The position numbers and the translations under genes are program-made. A model generated the notes under the pieces. The model searched no databases, was not told the origin of the DNA, and worked only from the letters and a program-made list of their open reading frames with translations. 64,000 nucleotides of DNA from Candidatus Poribacteria bacterium (GTDB lineage Bacteria > Poribacteria > WGA-4E > PCPOR2b), in the NCBI GenBank assembly GCA_965215015.1, contig OZ244042.1, positions 5,248,001-5,312,000 on the forward strand. The letters run 5' to 3'. This document shows, in pieces, positions 31,146 through 40,620 of the stretch; position 1 is the first letter of the stretch; every line of letters begins with the position of its first letter.

Positions 31146-32735
31146 ATGGCTGAACAACGGGAGGAGATTCTGGCACGCGGCAGTTATTTTCCCGGCGACT
31201 GGGTGCGTCCACGGTACAATCCCGGCACATGGATGGCAATGGTGGATCTGGCCGAGATTTTCACAGGGCACCGCAGCACAACCCGTCAGGGAAACTACGA
31301 AATGTTCGATGCACCCATTGGTGTGGGTTTACGGGTGGAAGCGGCAGAGAAATCGGAGCCGTTTTTAACTCCTGAAAAGGAGTGGGAAACCGAGGATACT
31401 GCCTACCCTAGTTATATCTGGCGCGAAGATGGGCGGCTTCATATGCTGTACAACGTAGGTGAGAGGACCTGTCTCGCTGTCAGCGATGATGGCTACGAAT
31501 GGGATCGACCGGTGCTCGGGCAGACTGCGTTTAATGGTTCGACGGACAACAATATCCTCAAGACACCGTTACAGGCGAGCATTTTTGAAGATCCGTCCGC
31601 CCCACCTGCCGAACGCTACAAAGCGTTGGAAGCGAAGGGATTCTGGCTTGACCGAGAGACCGGCGAGGAGGTCGATTCCGATGAAGCTGACAGATGTTGG
31701 CGTGCTGAGCACTACGAGGGTCGATCCTACACCGGGCGCAAGGTGGTTCTGAAGGGACAGCTACTCGGTTTGACCTCGCCGGATCGGCTGACTTGGACGC
31801 GTCTGCCGGAGCCTCTCGCTAGCTACTCGGTGAACGGTGGGATTTGTCCGGGGTACGATGCCCATAATGGCGTCTATTTTGCGTTCATACAGCCTCAAGG
31901 GGTTGCCCCGTCTGAGCCGCAAGCCTTGGGTGCTAGTATGCCTGAGACGGAGGTAGTGCGCCGTGCTATCGGACTGACACGGACACGGGACTTCCGCAAT
32001 TGGCCCGCGGCGAAACTGCTGATTTATCCCGATGCACAGGATCCTTTGGATATATCATTCTACGGGGCGTGCTACTTTCCCTATCCGGGTCGGGATGAGC
32101 TACATGCCATGGTCATTCCGGTTTTCCATCAAGCCACCGATCATGTCGATTTGCAGCTCGCCTTCAGTCGCGATGGTCTGATCTGGACGCGCCCGGAACG
32201 CCGGGCGGCTGTTGAGTTGGGACCCGTGGGGAGCGGAGAAGAGGGACAGATCCATGTCTGGCGCAACGGTCTGGTGGAGCTTCCCGATGGCACCTGGGCG
32301 GTGCCTTACAATGCACGCTCGACGCTGCACACTGTTCCGGAACAGCATCAAGGGGCAATCTTCCCGGCTGCTCAGCCATCGCAGAATAGGTGGGCCCGTT
32401 GGCGTCCGCATCGGCTCTGTGGCGTTGAGGCGGCAGCCGAAGGACGATTCACGATTCCCACCGTATTTCGACAAGGGGATGAATTGCGCCTGAATTACCG
32501 CTGTGCGCCCGGTGGATGGATCCGTGTTGAATTGCTGCAAAGGATACCTACTATGATGTGTCTGGATGCTAACCCCCTTGAAGGCTTCACTTTTGAGATG
32601 TGTGACCTTCTGACAGGTGATCAGGAAGATCAGGTCGTTACTTGGCAGGGAAGCAGTGATATCACCGGCGTCGGTGAGATGGTTGCCATTCGTGTGAAGA
32701 TGTTTCAGGCGAAACTATTCGCTTATAAGGTTTGA
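31146..32735 (+). CDS. Hypothetical beta-propeller protein, glycoside-hydrolase-like
   Basis: Repeated Asp-box-like S.DG..W motifs (SDDGYEW, SPDRLTW, TRDFRNW, SRDGLIW); AAGGAG RBS. Confidence 0.6.
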   Translation: MAEQREEILARGSYFPGDWVRPRYNPGTWMAMVDLAEIFTGHRSTTRQGNYEMFDAPIGVGLRVEAAEKSEPFLTPEKEWETEDTAYPSYIWREDGRLHMLYNVGERTCLAVSDDGYEWDRPVLGQTAFNGSTDNNILKTPLQASIFEDPSAPPAERYKALEAKGFWLDRETGEEVDSDEADRCWRAEHYEGRSYTGRKVVLKGQLLGLTSPDRLTWTRLPEPLASYSVNGGICPGYDAHNGVYFAFIQPQGVAPSEPQALGASMPETEVVRRAIGLTRTRDFRNWPAAKLLIYPDAQDPLDISFYGACYFPYPGRDELHAMVIPVFHQATDHVDLQLAFSRDGLIWTRPERRAAVELGPVGSGEEGQIHVWRNGLVELPDGTWAVPYNARSTLHTVPEQHQGAIFPAAQPSQNRWARWRPHRLCGVEAAAEGRFTIPTVFRQGDELRLNYRCAPGGWIRVELLQRIPTMMCLDANPLEGFTFEMCDLLTGDQEDQVVTWQGSSDITGVGEMVAIRVKMFQAKLFAYKV

Positions 32736-32946
32736 GGATCTGTTAAAAGAAAGTGCAAAATGCGAAAAACGTGAAACGTGAGAACTATTGGTTCACTAAT
32801 GTAGTCGTGTGCCGGGGCAGCCACAAGGTTCGGGTTCTGTGATTTTGGTTTCATAAAATCTCACAGAGCTGTGAATCCACGATGTAAGGATTCATAAAAT
32901 CCGGCAACATCGGGCGTTGCCCCTACTTTTAGTTTAGGAGGATTAT

Positions 32947-33912
32947 GTGAAAGCTGCACAAATTGTTGCCCCGCGTCAGATTGAGATGGTCGATATTGAT
33001 AAACCTGATATTTCATCTGATCCGGAGGGATTTGTACTTATAAAGACTCATATGAACGCTATTTGTGGTACTGATATGCCATCATTTGCGTTTGAGCATC
33101 CAGCCGATGCCTATCCACTATCGCCCGGAATGACCATCCATGAATGTATCGGCGTGGTGGCTGCAAGCAAGTCGGATCGGTTTAAGGAAGGGGACGCGGT
33201 GCTTGCGCTGCCGGGTCGTATCGGTGGACTTGCGGAATACTTCGTTTCCCATGAAGCCGTTACAGTTCCGTTGGTGGAATTTGAACGCAAGGATTGTATC
33301 CTGATGTCTCAGCCGCTCGGCACGGTGATTTGGGCATGTAGCAAGCTAGGGAATCTGCTCAATCAGGATGTAGTTGTGATGGGGCAGGGACCGATGGGAT
33401 TGTTGTTCACGCATTTGTTGAGTAACTTGGGGGCGAAAACGGTCATTACAACGGATCTCGTTGATTTTCGTCTGGAGGTCTCCAAGCAGATGCAGGCGAC
33501 GCATACGATTAACTCCGCTGAAGTGGATACGGTCGCTGCTGTTGAGCAGATTACGGATGGCAGGATGGCAGATCTGGTTGTCGAAGTGGTAGGACATCAG
33601 ACAGAGACAATCAATCAGTGCATGGATCTCGTCAAGCGTGATGGGACGATTCTGGCGTTCGGTGTGCCTGATGATCCGACCTATGCTTTCCGTTTCGGCG
33701 ATTTTTTCAGAAAGAACCTCCGCTTCATCGGATCCGTGGGTCCCGATGCACAGAATAATTTCCCGTTGGCAATGGATATGATTGCACAGGGACGAATTGA
33801 TGTTTCACCCATGATCACCCACCGTCTACCGTTTACTGAGGTGCAGCGCGGGTTTGAGTTATCTTTGCATAAGAAGGATGAGGCTATCAAGATTGTGCTG
33901 GAGTATGATTGA
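32947..33912 (+). CDS. Zinc-binding (MDR) dehydrogenase
   Basis: ICGTD, HE, GQGPMG, ADLVVEVVG, MITHRLP; structural Zn loop absent. Confidence 0.88.
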   Translation: MKAAQIVAPRQIEMVDIDKPDISSDPEGFVLIKTHMNAICGTDMPSFAFEHPADAYPLSPGMTIHECIGVVAASKSDRFKEGDAVLALPGRIGGLAEYFVSHEAVTVPLVEFERKDCILMSQPLGTVIWACSKLGNLLNQDVVVMGQGPMGLLFTHLLSNLGAKTVITTDLVDFRLEVSKQMQATHTINSAEVDTVAAVEQITDGRMADLVVEVVGHQTETINQCMDLVKRDGTILAFGVPDDPTYAFRFGDFFRKNLRFIGSVGPDAQNNFPLAMDMIAQGRIDVSPMITHRLPFTEVQRGFELSLHKKDEAIKIVLEYD

Positions 33913-34016
33913 TAGGGGCTAGCCTTTATAGACTTGTTGCCCTGATGAGGCTTTAGGGGTTTGGGTGCGCGGTGTGCATCCTACAGGAGGGTATCGGTAG
34001 TAGGTTGCGTTAAGGA

Positions 34017-35066
34017 TTAGAGAGGCAATTCTACGAGGCGTCCTTCTTGGCTGGATTTGTAGATGGCGAGGATAATCTCAACGGCTTTGCGGCCTTCACG
34101 TCCATTGACGAGATGTGGCGTCCCGTTTTCGATGGCGTTGATGAAGTTTTGCATTTGCAGCCGGTGATTCTCGTGGGTGATTGCGCGGGGATCTGCGGCG
34201 CCACCCCCGCCCGACCGTGTCTCTGCGAACCTCTCACGAATTTTGGCATCTTCGGGCAGATCCGGATCGAACTCCCACCTGATAATGTCTTCATCTTCGA
34301 GGGTAACAGTGCCTTTACTGCCGGAGATTTCGAGTTTCTTTAGGAGGCCGGGGTAGACGGTTGTGGTGCCTTCAATCACGCCCAACGCCCCGTTCTCAAA
34401 ACGGAGTGCCGCAACGGCGACATCTTCAACCTCAATGCGTTTATGGGTCATTGTGTCGGTAAAGGCTTGCACGGCTTTTACGGGGCCCATGAAGTACTGG
34501 AGAAGATCTATTGCATGAATTGATTGGTTCATCAACGCGCCGCCTCCGTCGAGTGCCCACGTACCCCGCCATCCGCCGCTGTCGTAATACTCCTGTGTAC
34601 GAAACCACTTGATGTAAGCATCACCGAGAGTAAGCACCCCGAAACGGCCGCTATCGATGGTTCGCTTGACTAGCTGGCTGCCTTCGGTAAAGCGCGAGTT
34701 AAAGATTGCACATAGACGTACCCCCGCCTCGTCACACGCTTGAATGATGTCATCGCAGCGGTCTAGGGTAATCTCAAGCGGCTTTTCGACGATGATGTGC
34801 TTCCTCGCTTTGGCTGCGGCAACCGCTGGATCCCGATGCGCTCCGCTGGGTGTACAGATGCAAACGACATCCAAATCGGGACGCTTGAGCATTTCATTGT
34901 AGTCGGGATACGAATCGACATTGTAGCGGTCTGCCACTCGTCTTGCGTTTTCTTCGTTCCTTGAACTGACAGCGACCAGTTTTCCGCCCTCAAGTTCCGC
35001 AATCGCCGCCGAGTGGAAATCGGAGATCATGCCGCAGCCGATAATTCCAAATCCGTAGGTTTTCAT
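34017..35066 (-). CDS. Gfo/Idh/MocA family oxidoreductase
   Basis: GIIGCGMI, ICTPSGAH, VEKP, GGGALMNQSIHAID. Confidence 0.93.
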   Translation of the reverse strand: MKTYGFGIIGCGMISDFHSAAIAELEGGKLVAVSSRNEENARRVADRYNVDSYPDYNEMLKRPDLDVVCICTPSGAHRDPAVAAAKARKHIIVEKPLEITLDRCDDIIQACDEAGVRLCAIFNSRFTEGSQLVKRTIDSGRFGVLTLGDAYIKWFRTQEYYDSGGWRGTWALDGGGALMNQSIHAIDLLQYFMGPVKAVQAFTDTMTHKRIEVEDVAVAALRFENGALGVIEGTTTVYPGLLKKLEISGSKGTVTLEDEDIIRWEFDPDLPEDAKIRERFAETRSGGGGAADPRAITHENHRLQMQNFINAIENGTPHLVNGREGRKAVEIILAIYKSSQEGRLVELPL

Positions 35067-35236
35067 AAGTGAGTAAAGCCTCCATCCGATGAGGTTGAAT
35101 TATGACGTCGCCATTATATATCGGCGTTGGATATGTGTCAAGTTCAAAGACCGTCATTTTTTGATAGTATTCCTCACCCAATTTGTGCTAACATCCTTTC
35201 CACATATTTGATGTGAGAGGTTGCTGGAGGTTGTGC

Positions 35237-36457
35237 ATGAACGAAACAATCCAACATGCTCGCGAAGTGGCGTTAGATATTTTGAAACCGAGTCCACGCC
35301 AGATAGAGCACGGTATGGAACTCCATCAGAACTCGCTTGTCTGTGATTCATACGGGTTTGCACCGCGTGCGGCTGTTGATGGGGAGGCTGTGGCAGCCGC
35401 TATTGATGACGGTGCGTCGGATGTTGAGGTCCGGGACATGATGGAAGACATGTCGATGACTCGATTTGTCACCGATGAGCGGGAGAAGCGGGAGTTTATG
35501 GCGGCGTGGGAGGCTGCAGGGGTAACTTGTATCGTGCAGAACGCGGGGGAGGAAGGGCAGTCGGCATTGCGTCTCGTCAAGCGTTTGGCACGTTTTACCT
35601 ACACTACAGACATGATGCGTGACTTTATCCAGAAAGCAGTTACACCAGATGATATAGTTGCTGCCAAGGAGCGGAATAGGCACTGTCTATATTTTAGTGG
35701 AAACGGTGTTCCCTTGCCTCAAGACTGGGTTTCGGTTGAGGAGGAATTACGGTATATCCGTATCTTTTTCCAACTCGGTATCCGTATCATGCACCTCACT
35801 TATAATCGGCGTAACATGATCGGTGATGGTTGTGCGGAACCGGCGAACGGGGGGTTAAGCGACTTCGGTAGGGCGGTTGTTGCGGAGATGAATCGCGTGG
35901 GTGTGATTGTGGATGTGGCGCATTCCGGCTGGCAAACGAGTCTTGAAGCGGCGCAAGCGTCCGAGCGTCCGATGGTAGCAAGCCATTCCGGGTGTTGTGC
36001 GGTGAATATACATGATCGCTGCAAACCGGACGAGGTCATCCGTGCGATTGTGGACACCGACGGTTATATCGGGATCTGTGCGATTCCGGCGTTTTTGGGT
36101 GGACGCGGCGACATCAACGCGATGCTAGCGCATGTCGATTATGTCGCCAAGAATTTCGGTGTAGACCATGTTACGATTGGAACGGATGTGGCTTACGCCT
36201 CTTCAGCAACCCAACAAGCGCAGCAGCGGATTCCGAAACGGCGTTCAGGACGGAAACGGTGGGAGTATTTCTGGGACAAGAATGATCCGATGTTTTCGCC
36301 ACAGTGGCAGCAGACGGATCAGAAGTTGAGTTTGGCATGGACCAATTGGCCAGTCTTTACGATCGGTCTTGTTCAGCGTGGGTATTCGGATAGCGAGATC
36401 CAGAAGATTCTTGGCGGCAATATGCTTCGCGTTGCACGTGCTGTTTTGGCGGATTGA
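35237..36457 (+). CDS. Membrane dipeptidase (peptidase M19) family protein
   Basis: HLTYNRRNMIGDGC, MNRVGVIVDVAH, ASHS, HVTIGTD, ILGGNMLRV; GGAGG RBS before ATG 35237. Confidence 0.85.
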   Translation: MNETIQHAREVALDILKPSPRQIEHGMELHQNSLVCDSYGFAPRAAVDGEAVAAAIDDGASDVEVRDMMEDMSMTRFVTDEREKREFMAAWEAAGVTCIVQNAGEEGQSALRLVKRLARFTYTTDMMRDFIQKAVTPDDIVAAKERNRHCLYFSGNGVPLPQDWVSVEEELRYIRIFFQLGIRIMHLTYNRRNMIGDGCAEPANGGLSDFGRAVVAEMNRVGVIVDVAHSGWQTSLEAAQASERPMVASHSGCCAVNIHDRCKPDEVIRAIVDTDGYIGICAIPAFLGGRGDINAMLAHVDYVAKNFGVDHVTIGTDVAYASSATQQAQQRIPKRRSGRKRWEYFWDKNDPMFSPQWQQTDQKLSLAWTNWPVFTIGLVQRGYSDSEIQKILGGNMLRVARAVLAD

Positions 36458-36629
36458 TTGCGTGGAGGGTATACCTTATCAGAGTCTTCCGCTTTGGGGA
36501 CGCAAGGCGGGTGATTTAGGGTTTGCTGATTTTGTCAAGAGGTGGGTGTATATTGGTAAAGAGAAGGGCGTCAAAATAACATTCCTTTTCTTCTCGCCGT
36601 GATTGTCCTCCTGCGACGGGGAGAAGCAG

Positions 36630-36880
36630 TCCTAAGCCCCCTAACCCCTGCTAGCCGGGGGGAAGACGTGCAATGAATTGCACTACTACAAACTCACGCC
36701 CCGGTCTATACCCGCGCAATCTGGGCGGGATGATTCTACAGATTGTTAGGTGAAACCTAAAAGCCACGCGCAATGAACGCGCTACTACGAACAGGAGGAA
36801 AAGGAGGCGTGCCCCCACCGCTAAGATAAGAACCCCCTAGCCCCCCGCAAGCGGTGGGGAATTTGCAGGTGGGGGGACAA
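36630..36880 (+). repeat. REP-mosaic repeat of the same family as the 53.4-54.8 kb array
   Basis: agacgtgcaatgaattgcactactacaaactcacg, attctacagattgttaggtgaaac and ccccctagccccccgcaagc shared with 53358-53640. Confidence 0.85.
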
Positions 36881-36885
36881 TCCGT

Positions 36886-37183
36886 GGCAAGTGGTATCCC
36901 TTTAGTCAGACGGGTTCGGCTTGTGGTTTTGTTAATGAGGTGCTGAATCTGTGTGACGGGACATGGCAGTGTCCCAGCTGCGATACACAGTTAGATAGAG
37001 ATTGCACCGCCGGGGTCAATATCTTTAGGGTGGGGGCGTCCCCTCTCAGGAGAAGGGGTAAACCCATCTTCGGATGGTCCACTTTGACGGCTGTTAGGCC
37101 ATACCTAACAGACAGGATAGAGCAATTCCACTCCTAAAGGATTAGGTAAGGGCCCCAATTCTTTAGGAGTGGGAGTACGTCAA
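36886..37183 (+). mobile_element. tnpB: Degenerate IS200/IS605 remnant: tnpB 3' fragment plus right end/omegaRNA region
   Basis: Frame GKWYPFSQTGSACGF...WQCPSCDTQLDRDCTAGVNIFRVGASPL matches the TnpB Zn-ribbon/RuvC-III C-terminus; ends in ctttaggagtgggagtacgtcaa. Confidence 0.82.
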
Positions 37184-37216
37184 CAGGGAATTCTTGCATA
37201 TAGGTTGGAGATATGA

Positions 37217-37564
37217 TTGATTATGTTCGGAAGGACGCCTAAGACATTTCGATTTCTACGTTTTCTTTACCACCTACCAAGTTTCGTGAAACTGACGTGG
37301 CGGCTGTTTTGGGATGCGCGTGTTCCAATTTACCGGAAAGCGATTCTCATAATCTTTGAGGTGCTTGCGATCGCATTTGCGGTGTTTTATTTTCTCGTTC
37401 TGCGTTTAGATTTTCTCCCTGATATCTTCCCGATTCTCGGATATACCGACGACCTACTTATCGGTATATTCCTGATTCTCGTCCCCGGTGCGTGGCTATT
37501 CATCAAATTTGCCCCAGAGCATATCGTGCAGGAGCATGTTGATCAGATCTCAAAGGGGCAGTGA
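37217..37564 (+). CDS. YkvA/DUF1232 family membrane protein
   Basis: DARVPIYRK, DFLPDIFPILGYTDD. Confidence 0.85.
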   Translation: MIMFGRTPKTFRFLRFLYHLPSFVKLTWRLFWDARVPIYRKAILIIFEVLAIAFAVFYFLVLRLDFLPDIFPILGYTDDLLIGIFLILVPGAWLFIKFAPEHIVQEHVDQISKGQ

Positions 37565-37584
37565 GGGGTATAGGTGATAAATTA

Positions 37585-38271
37585 CTAGCAAATAGCTTGT
37601 GCGTGTTCCATTAGTCGTTCTAGCTTCCGCCGGTCACGAACCCCTTTCGACGCTTCAACCCCCGAACAGAGATCGACGCCGTAAGGACGGACGGTTTCAA
37701 TCGCTGTTCTGACATTGTCAGGCTGGATCCCGCCGGACAGGAATGCTGGCACCTTACAGGCTTGGATAAGCTGTGTGCTTAGATTCCAATCGCTCCGCTT
37801 GCCGGTGCCGCCGAATCGGACTTTTCCGTTATTGAATTCTGCGGTGTCGAACAGCAGAGCGTCTGCGCCTGCGTCGATGTACGCCTCCATCTGCGCGAAG
37901 ATAGCCTTTTCATCTGCTCCCGGCTCGTTTTCGGTGGGTAGAAACAGTGACTTCCAAACCTTGCAGGATACGGTTCCCTTGAGTTTTGTTACTTCAGCGG
38001 GGGGTTCGTGTCCGAGCAGCTGGATTGCGAACGGCTTAATCTTCGCTGCTGCCTCGATGACCCAGTCTGTTGGGCGGTCAAACACAAGGATAACGGTCGG
38101 GATTGGTGTTTGTTGTGCGATTTCTACGGCGGAATTGATGGGAACGGATCGCTCAGAGAAAGGTACTTCGACGACGACGCCCGAATAATCAGCTCCGGCG
38201 TCTGCTGCCATTCGTGCATCGGCGATGCTTGTTGTCCCGCAAATCTTAATCTTGCAGCGGTTGAAAGTCAT
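37585..38271 (-). CDS. trpF: Phosphoribosylanthranilate isomerase family protein
   Basis: KIKICGTT, GAD..G, IQLLG, LFDT, GGTG, FLSGGIQPDNV, GVDLCSGVE. Confidence 0.8.
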   Translation of the reverse strand: MTFNRCKIKICGTTSIADARMAADAGADYSGVVVEVPFSERSVPINSAVEIAQQTPIPTVILVFDRPTDWVIEAAAKIKPFAIQLLGHEPPAEVTKLKGTVSCKVWKSLFLPTENEPGADEKAIFAQMEAYIDAGADALLFDTAEFNNGKVRFGGTGKRSDWNLSTQLIQACKVPAFLSGGIQPDNVRTAIETVRPYGVDLCSGVEASKGVRDRRKLERLMEHAQAIC

Positions 38272-38305
38272 AAGCGTCTGTCCGGAATTGGGGGAAGGGT
38301 CTATG

Positions 38306-38674
38306 CTATTCGTCCTCGACGAAAACGGTTTGCCGGTCGGCGGCGGAATAGCAGATAATCATCATGACGGGTTGCCAGCCGGTGTTGACAGCGTTGTGTT
38401 TCACGCCTTGCGGAATGCGTAACATCGTTCCCTCTTTCAACGGGATCACTTCGTCGCCGAGTTGGTGGTCGCATTGTCCCGAAAGCACGTAAATCAGTTC
38501 CTCGCAGTTCGGGTGGTAGTGGAGTGGGTTGCCCTCGCCGGCATTGAGGTAAACAAGTCCGAAGGTCATTTCCGCTTCTGGATCGATTTGGTCGTTGCAG
38601 AGCCACTTAATGGCACCCCAAGGGAATTGAAGTGCTTTGCCTTCGTTGGCGTTGGTAATTGTTGCCGAGCTCAT
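38306..38674 (-). CDS. Cupin domain protein
   Basis: HYHPNCEELIYVLSG...IPQGVKH; AAGGAGG RBS. Confidence 0.9.
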   Translation of the reverse strand: MSSATITNANEGKALQFPWGAIKWLCNDQIDPEAEMTFGLVYLNAGEGNPLHYHPNCEELIYVLSGQCDHQLGDEVIPLKEGTMLRIPQGVKHNAVNTGWQPVMMIICYSAADRQTVFVEDE

Positions 38675-38684
38675 GATGCCTCCT

Positions 38685-39281
38685 TGTCTGAATCAAGATG
38701 CTCAGGATTGAAGGATTTGCAGGATATAAACCGTGAACCGTGATGTGTAATACGTAAGGATAAACGGAACGGAGATTTCTGTTTCCTACGAATATATCTC
38801 TCGCGCTATCAAATGTCAACAGGGGCTAGCAAGTTCTGTCTGAATCAAGATGCTCAGGATTCAAGGATTTGCAGGATATAAACCGTGAACCGTGATGCGT
38901 AATACGTAAGGATAAACGGAACGGAGATTTCTGTTGCCTACGAATATATCTCTCGCGCTATCAAATGTCAACAGGACCTAGCAAGTTCTGTCTGAATCAA
39001 GATGCTCAGGATTCAAGGATTTGCAGGATGTAAACCGTGAACCGTAATACGTAAGGATAAACGGAACGGAGATTTCTGTTTCCTACGAATATATCTCTCG
39101 CGCTGTCAAATGTCAACAGGGGCTAGCAAGTTCTGTCTGAATCAAGATGCTCAGGATTCAAGGATTTGCAGGATATAAACCGTGAACCGTGATGTGTAAT
39201 ACGTAAGGATAAACGGAACGGAGATTTCTGTTTCCTACGAATATATCTCTCGCGCTGTCAAATGTCAACAGGGGCTAGCAA
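38685..39281 (-). repeat. Four tandem ~145-152-bp units, each containing a sigma70-like promoter
   Basis: Plus-strand anchor tgtctgaatcaagatg at 38685, 38837, 38989 and 39134; each unit has minus-strand TTGACA-N17-TATATT. Confidence 0.95.
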
Positions 39282-39287
39282 CTTCGG

Positions 39288-40037
39288 TTAGATTCCTAAA
39301 GTTTGGCGCATGTATTGACAGCTCATGGTGACGCTTTCTTTCGTCGTTTTGTCCGTCCGATCCTGTTCGACCGTGAGCCACTCTGCTTCGATTTCGCTGA
39401 CGGCTTCCATGATGCCCTCCCAATCGAGAACCCCGTGTCCAACTTCTCCAAAGGAGCCATCGGGATTCATGTCCTTGAAGTGGAGATAGGCAACCCGATC
39501 GGCATATTGCTTCAGGAAGGCGGCGGGGTCTTCGTCCCCGTGCTTGACCCAATAGGTGTCCACACAGGCGTGAACGAGTTTCGGATCGGTTGACTCATAA
39601 AGCGTGGCGAGTCCTGTCGTTCCGCCGAGATCTTTAAATTCCCAACTGTGATTGTGGTAGCAGAACTTGATTCCTGCGTCATTACAGCGACGTCCAACCT
39701 CGTTGAAGACTTCTGCTGAACGTTGGTAATCTTCAAGCGTATCCTGTCCACCGACGCCGGAGACCATTAGGTAACTGGATCCCATCGTTTCGGTGAATCG
39801 AATCGTTTCATCGAACTGTTCGAGGCTGCCGTAGCCTGTATGGACACCTGCGAGCTCTAAGTTGTGTGATGCTAGTAGTGCCTTTGTTTCTTTAGGGGAG
39901 CGGTCGCCTGCGTGGAGATTTCCGGCTTCTATTCCGTCGTAGCCTGCCGCTGCCAGCTCGGCGAGGACGCCGGGGAGGTCGGTGTCCTGGCGGGAGCCGT
40001 AGATAATTAAGGCACAACCGATTTTGTATTTGCTCAT
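39288..40037 (-). CDS. Sugar phosphate isomerase/epimerase (xylose isomerase-like TIM barrel)
   Basis: GYDGIE, YHNHSWEF, DTYWV, HFKD, VEQD; ATG 40037 after GGAG. Confidence 0.9.
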   Translation of the reverse strand: MSKYKIGCALIIYGSRQDTDLPGVLAELAAAGYDGIEAGNLHAGDRSPKETKALLASHNLELAGVHTGYGSLEQFDETIRFTETMGSSYLMVSGVGGQDTLEDYQRSAEVFNEVGRRCNDAGIKFCYHNHSWEFKDLGGTTGLATLYESTDPKLVHACVDTYWVKHGDEDPAAFLKQYADRVAYLHFKDMNPDGSFGEVGHGVLDWEGIMEAVSEIEAEWLTVEQDRTDKTTKESVTMSCQYMRQTLGI

Positions 40038-40309
40038 GGTCGATCTCCGGGAGTTATAAGGATTTGGGTGGGGAGATTCTATAGACATACCACCCCGGTG
40101 GGACTCATAATACGCAATGCGTAATAGGGAAGCAGAAACGGAACGTAGATTTGCGTTCCTTACAAATCACACTCATTGTTTGGTTGCGAGTGTTGGATTT
40201 CACTCTTGTTATCTGTACGAACGTGGTGTTAAAAGACAAAAATTCTACTTTCTTTGATAGCAAAGTGCCTTCAGTCGTTCAACCCAACTTACGTCAGGAT
40301 TAACAGGAG

Positions 40310-40585
40310 ATGGGTTCATTGGTTCATAATACGTCAGAAGATAGGTTGCTTGCAAAACTAAAAAGGCTCGTGGATCGAACGAGTGAGCAGCTGCAATGGG
40401 GCAACTTAACCGTTTGGGAAGCTTGTGAACGGATACGACAGACACGCGCGCAAGCAGAAGCACTGATACCGGATCAGATGGAATTGTATCAGCGTATCTA
40501 TGGGGCACGGTTTCAACGCTTGCTTGAACAGTTTGTCCTACCAAGACAATCTCAATCACAATACAATTGGCACAAGCCATACTGA
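40310..40585 (+). CDS. Small hypothetical helical protein
   Basis: AGGAG RBS; coherent 91-aa ORF (LKRLVD...LT..EA...IPDQMELYQRIYGARFQRLLEQF) convergent with the MFP gene. Confidence 0.6.
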   Translation: MGSLVHNTSEDRLLAKLKRLVDRTSEQLQWGNLTVWEACERIRQTRAQAEALIPDQMELYQRIYGARFQRLLEQFVLPRQSQSQYNWHKPY

Positions 40586-40620
40586 TTGACTTGACCTTTG
40601 TAGCAGGTGATGTATAGCAG

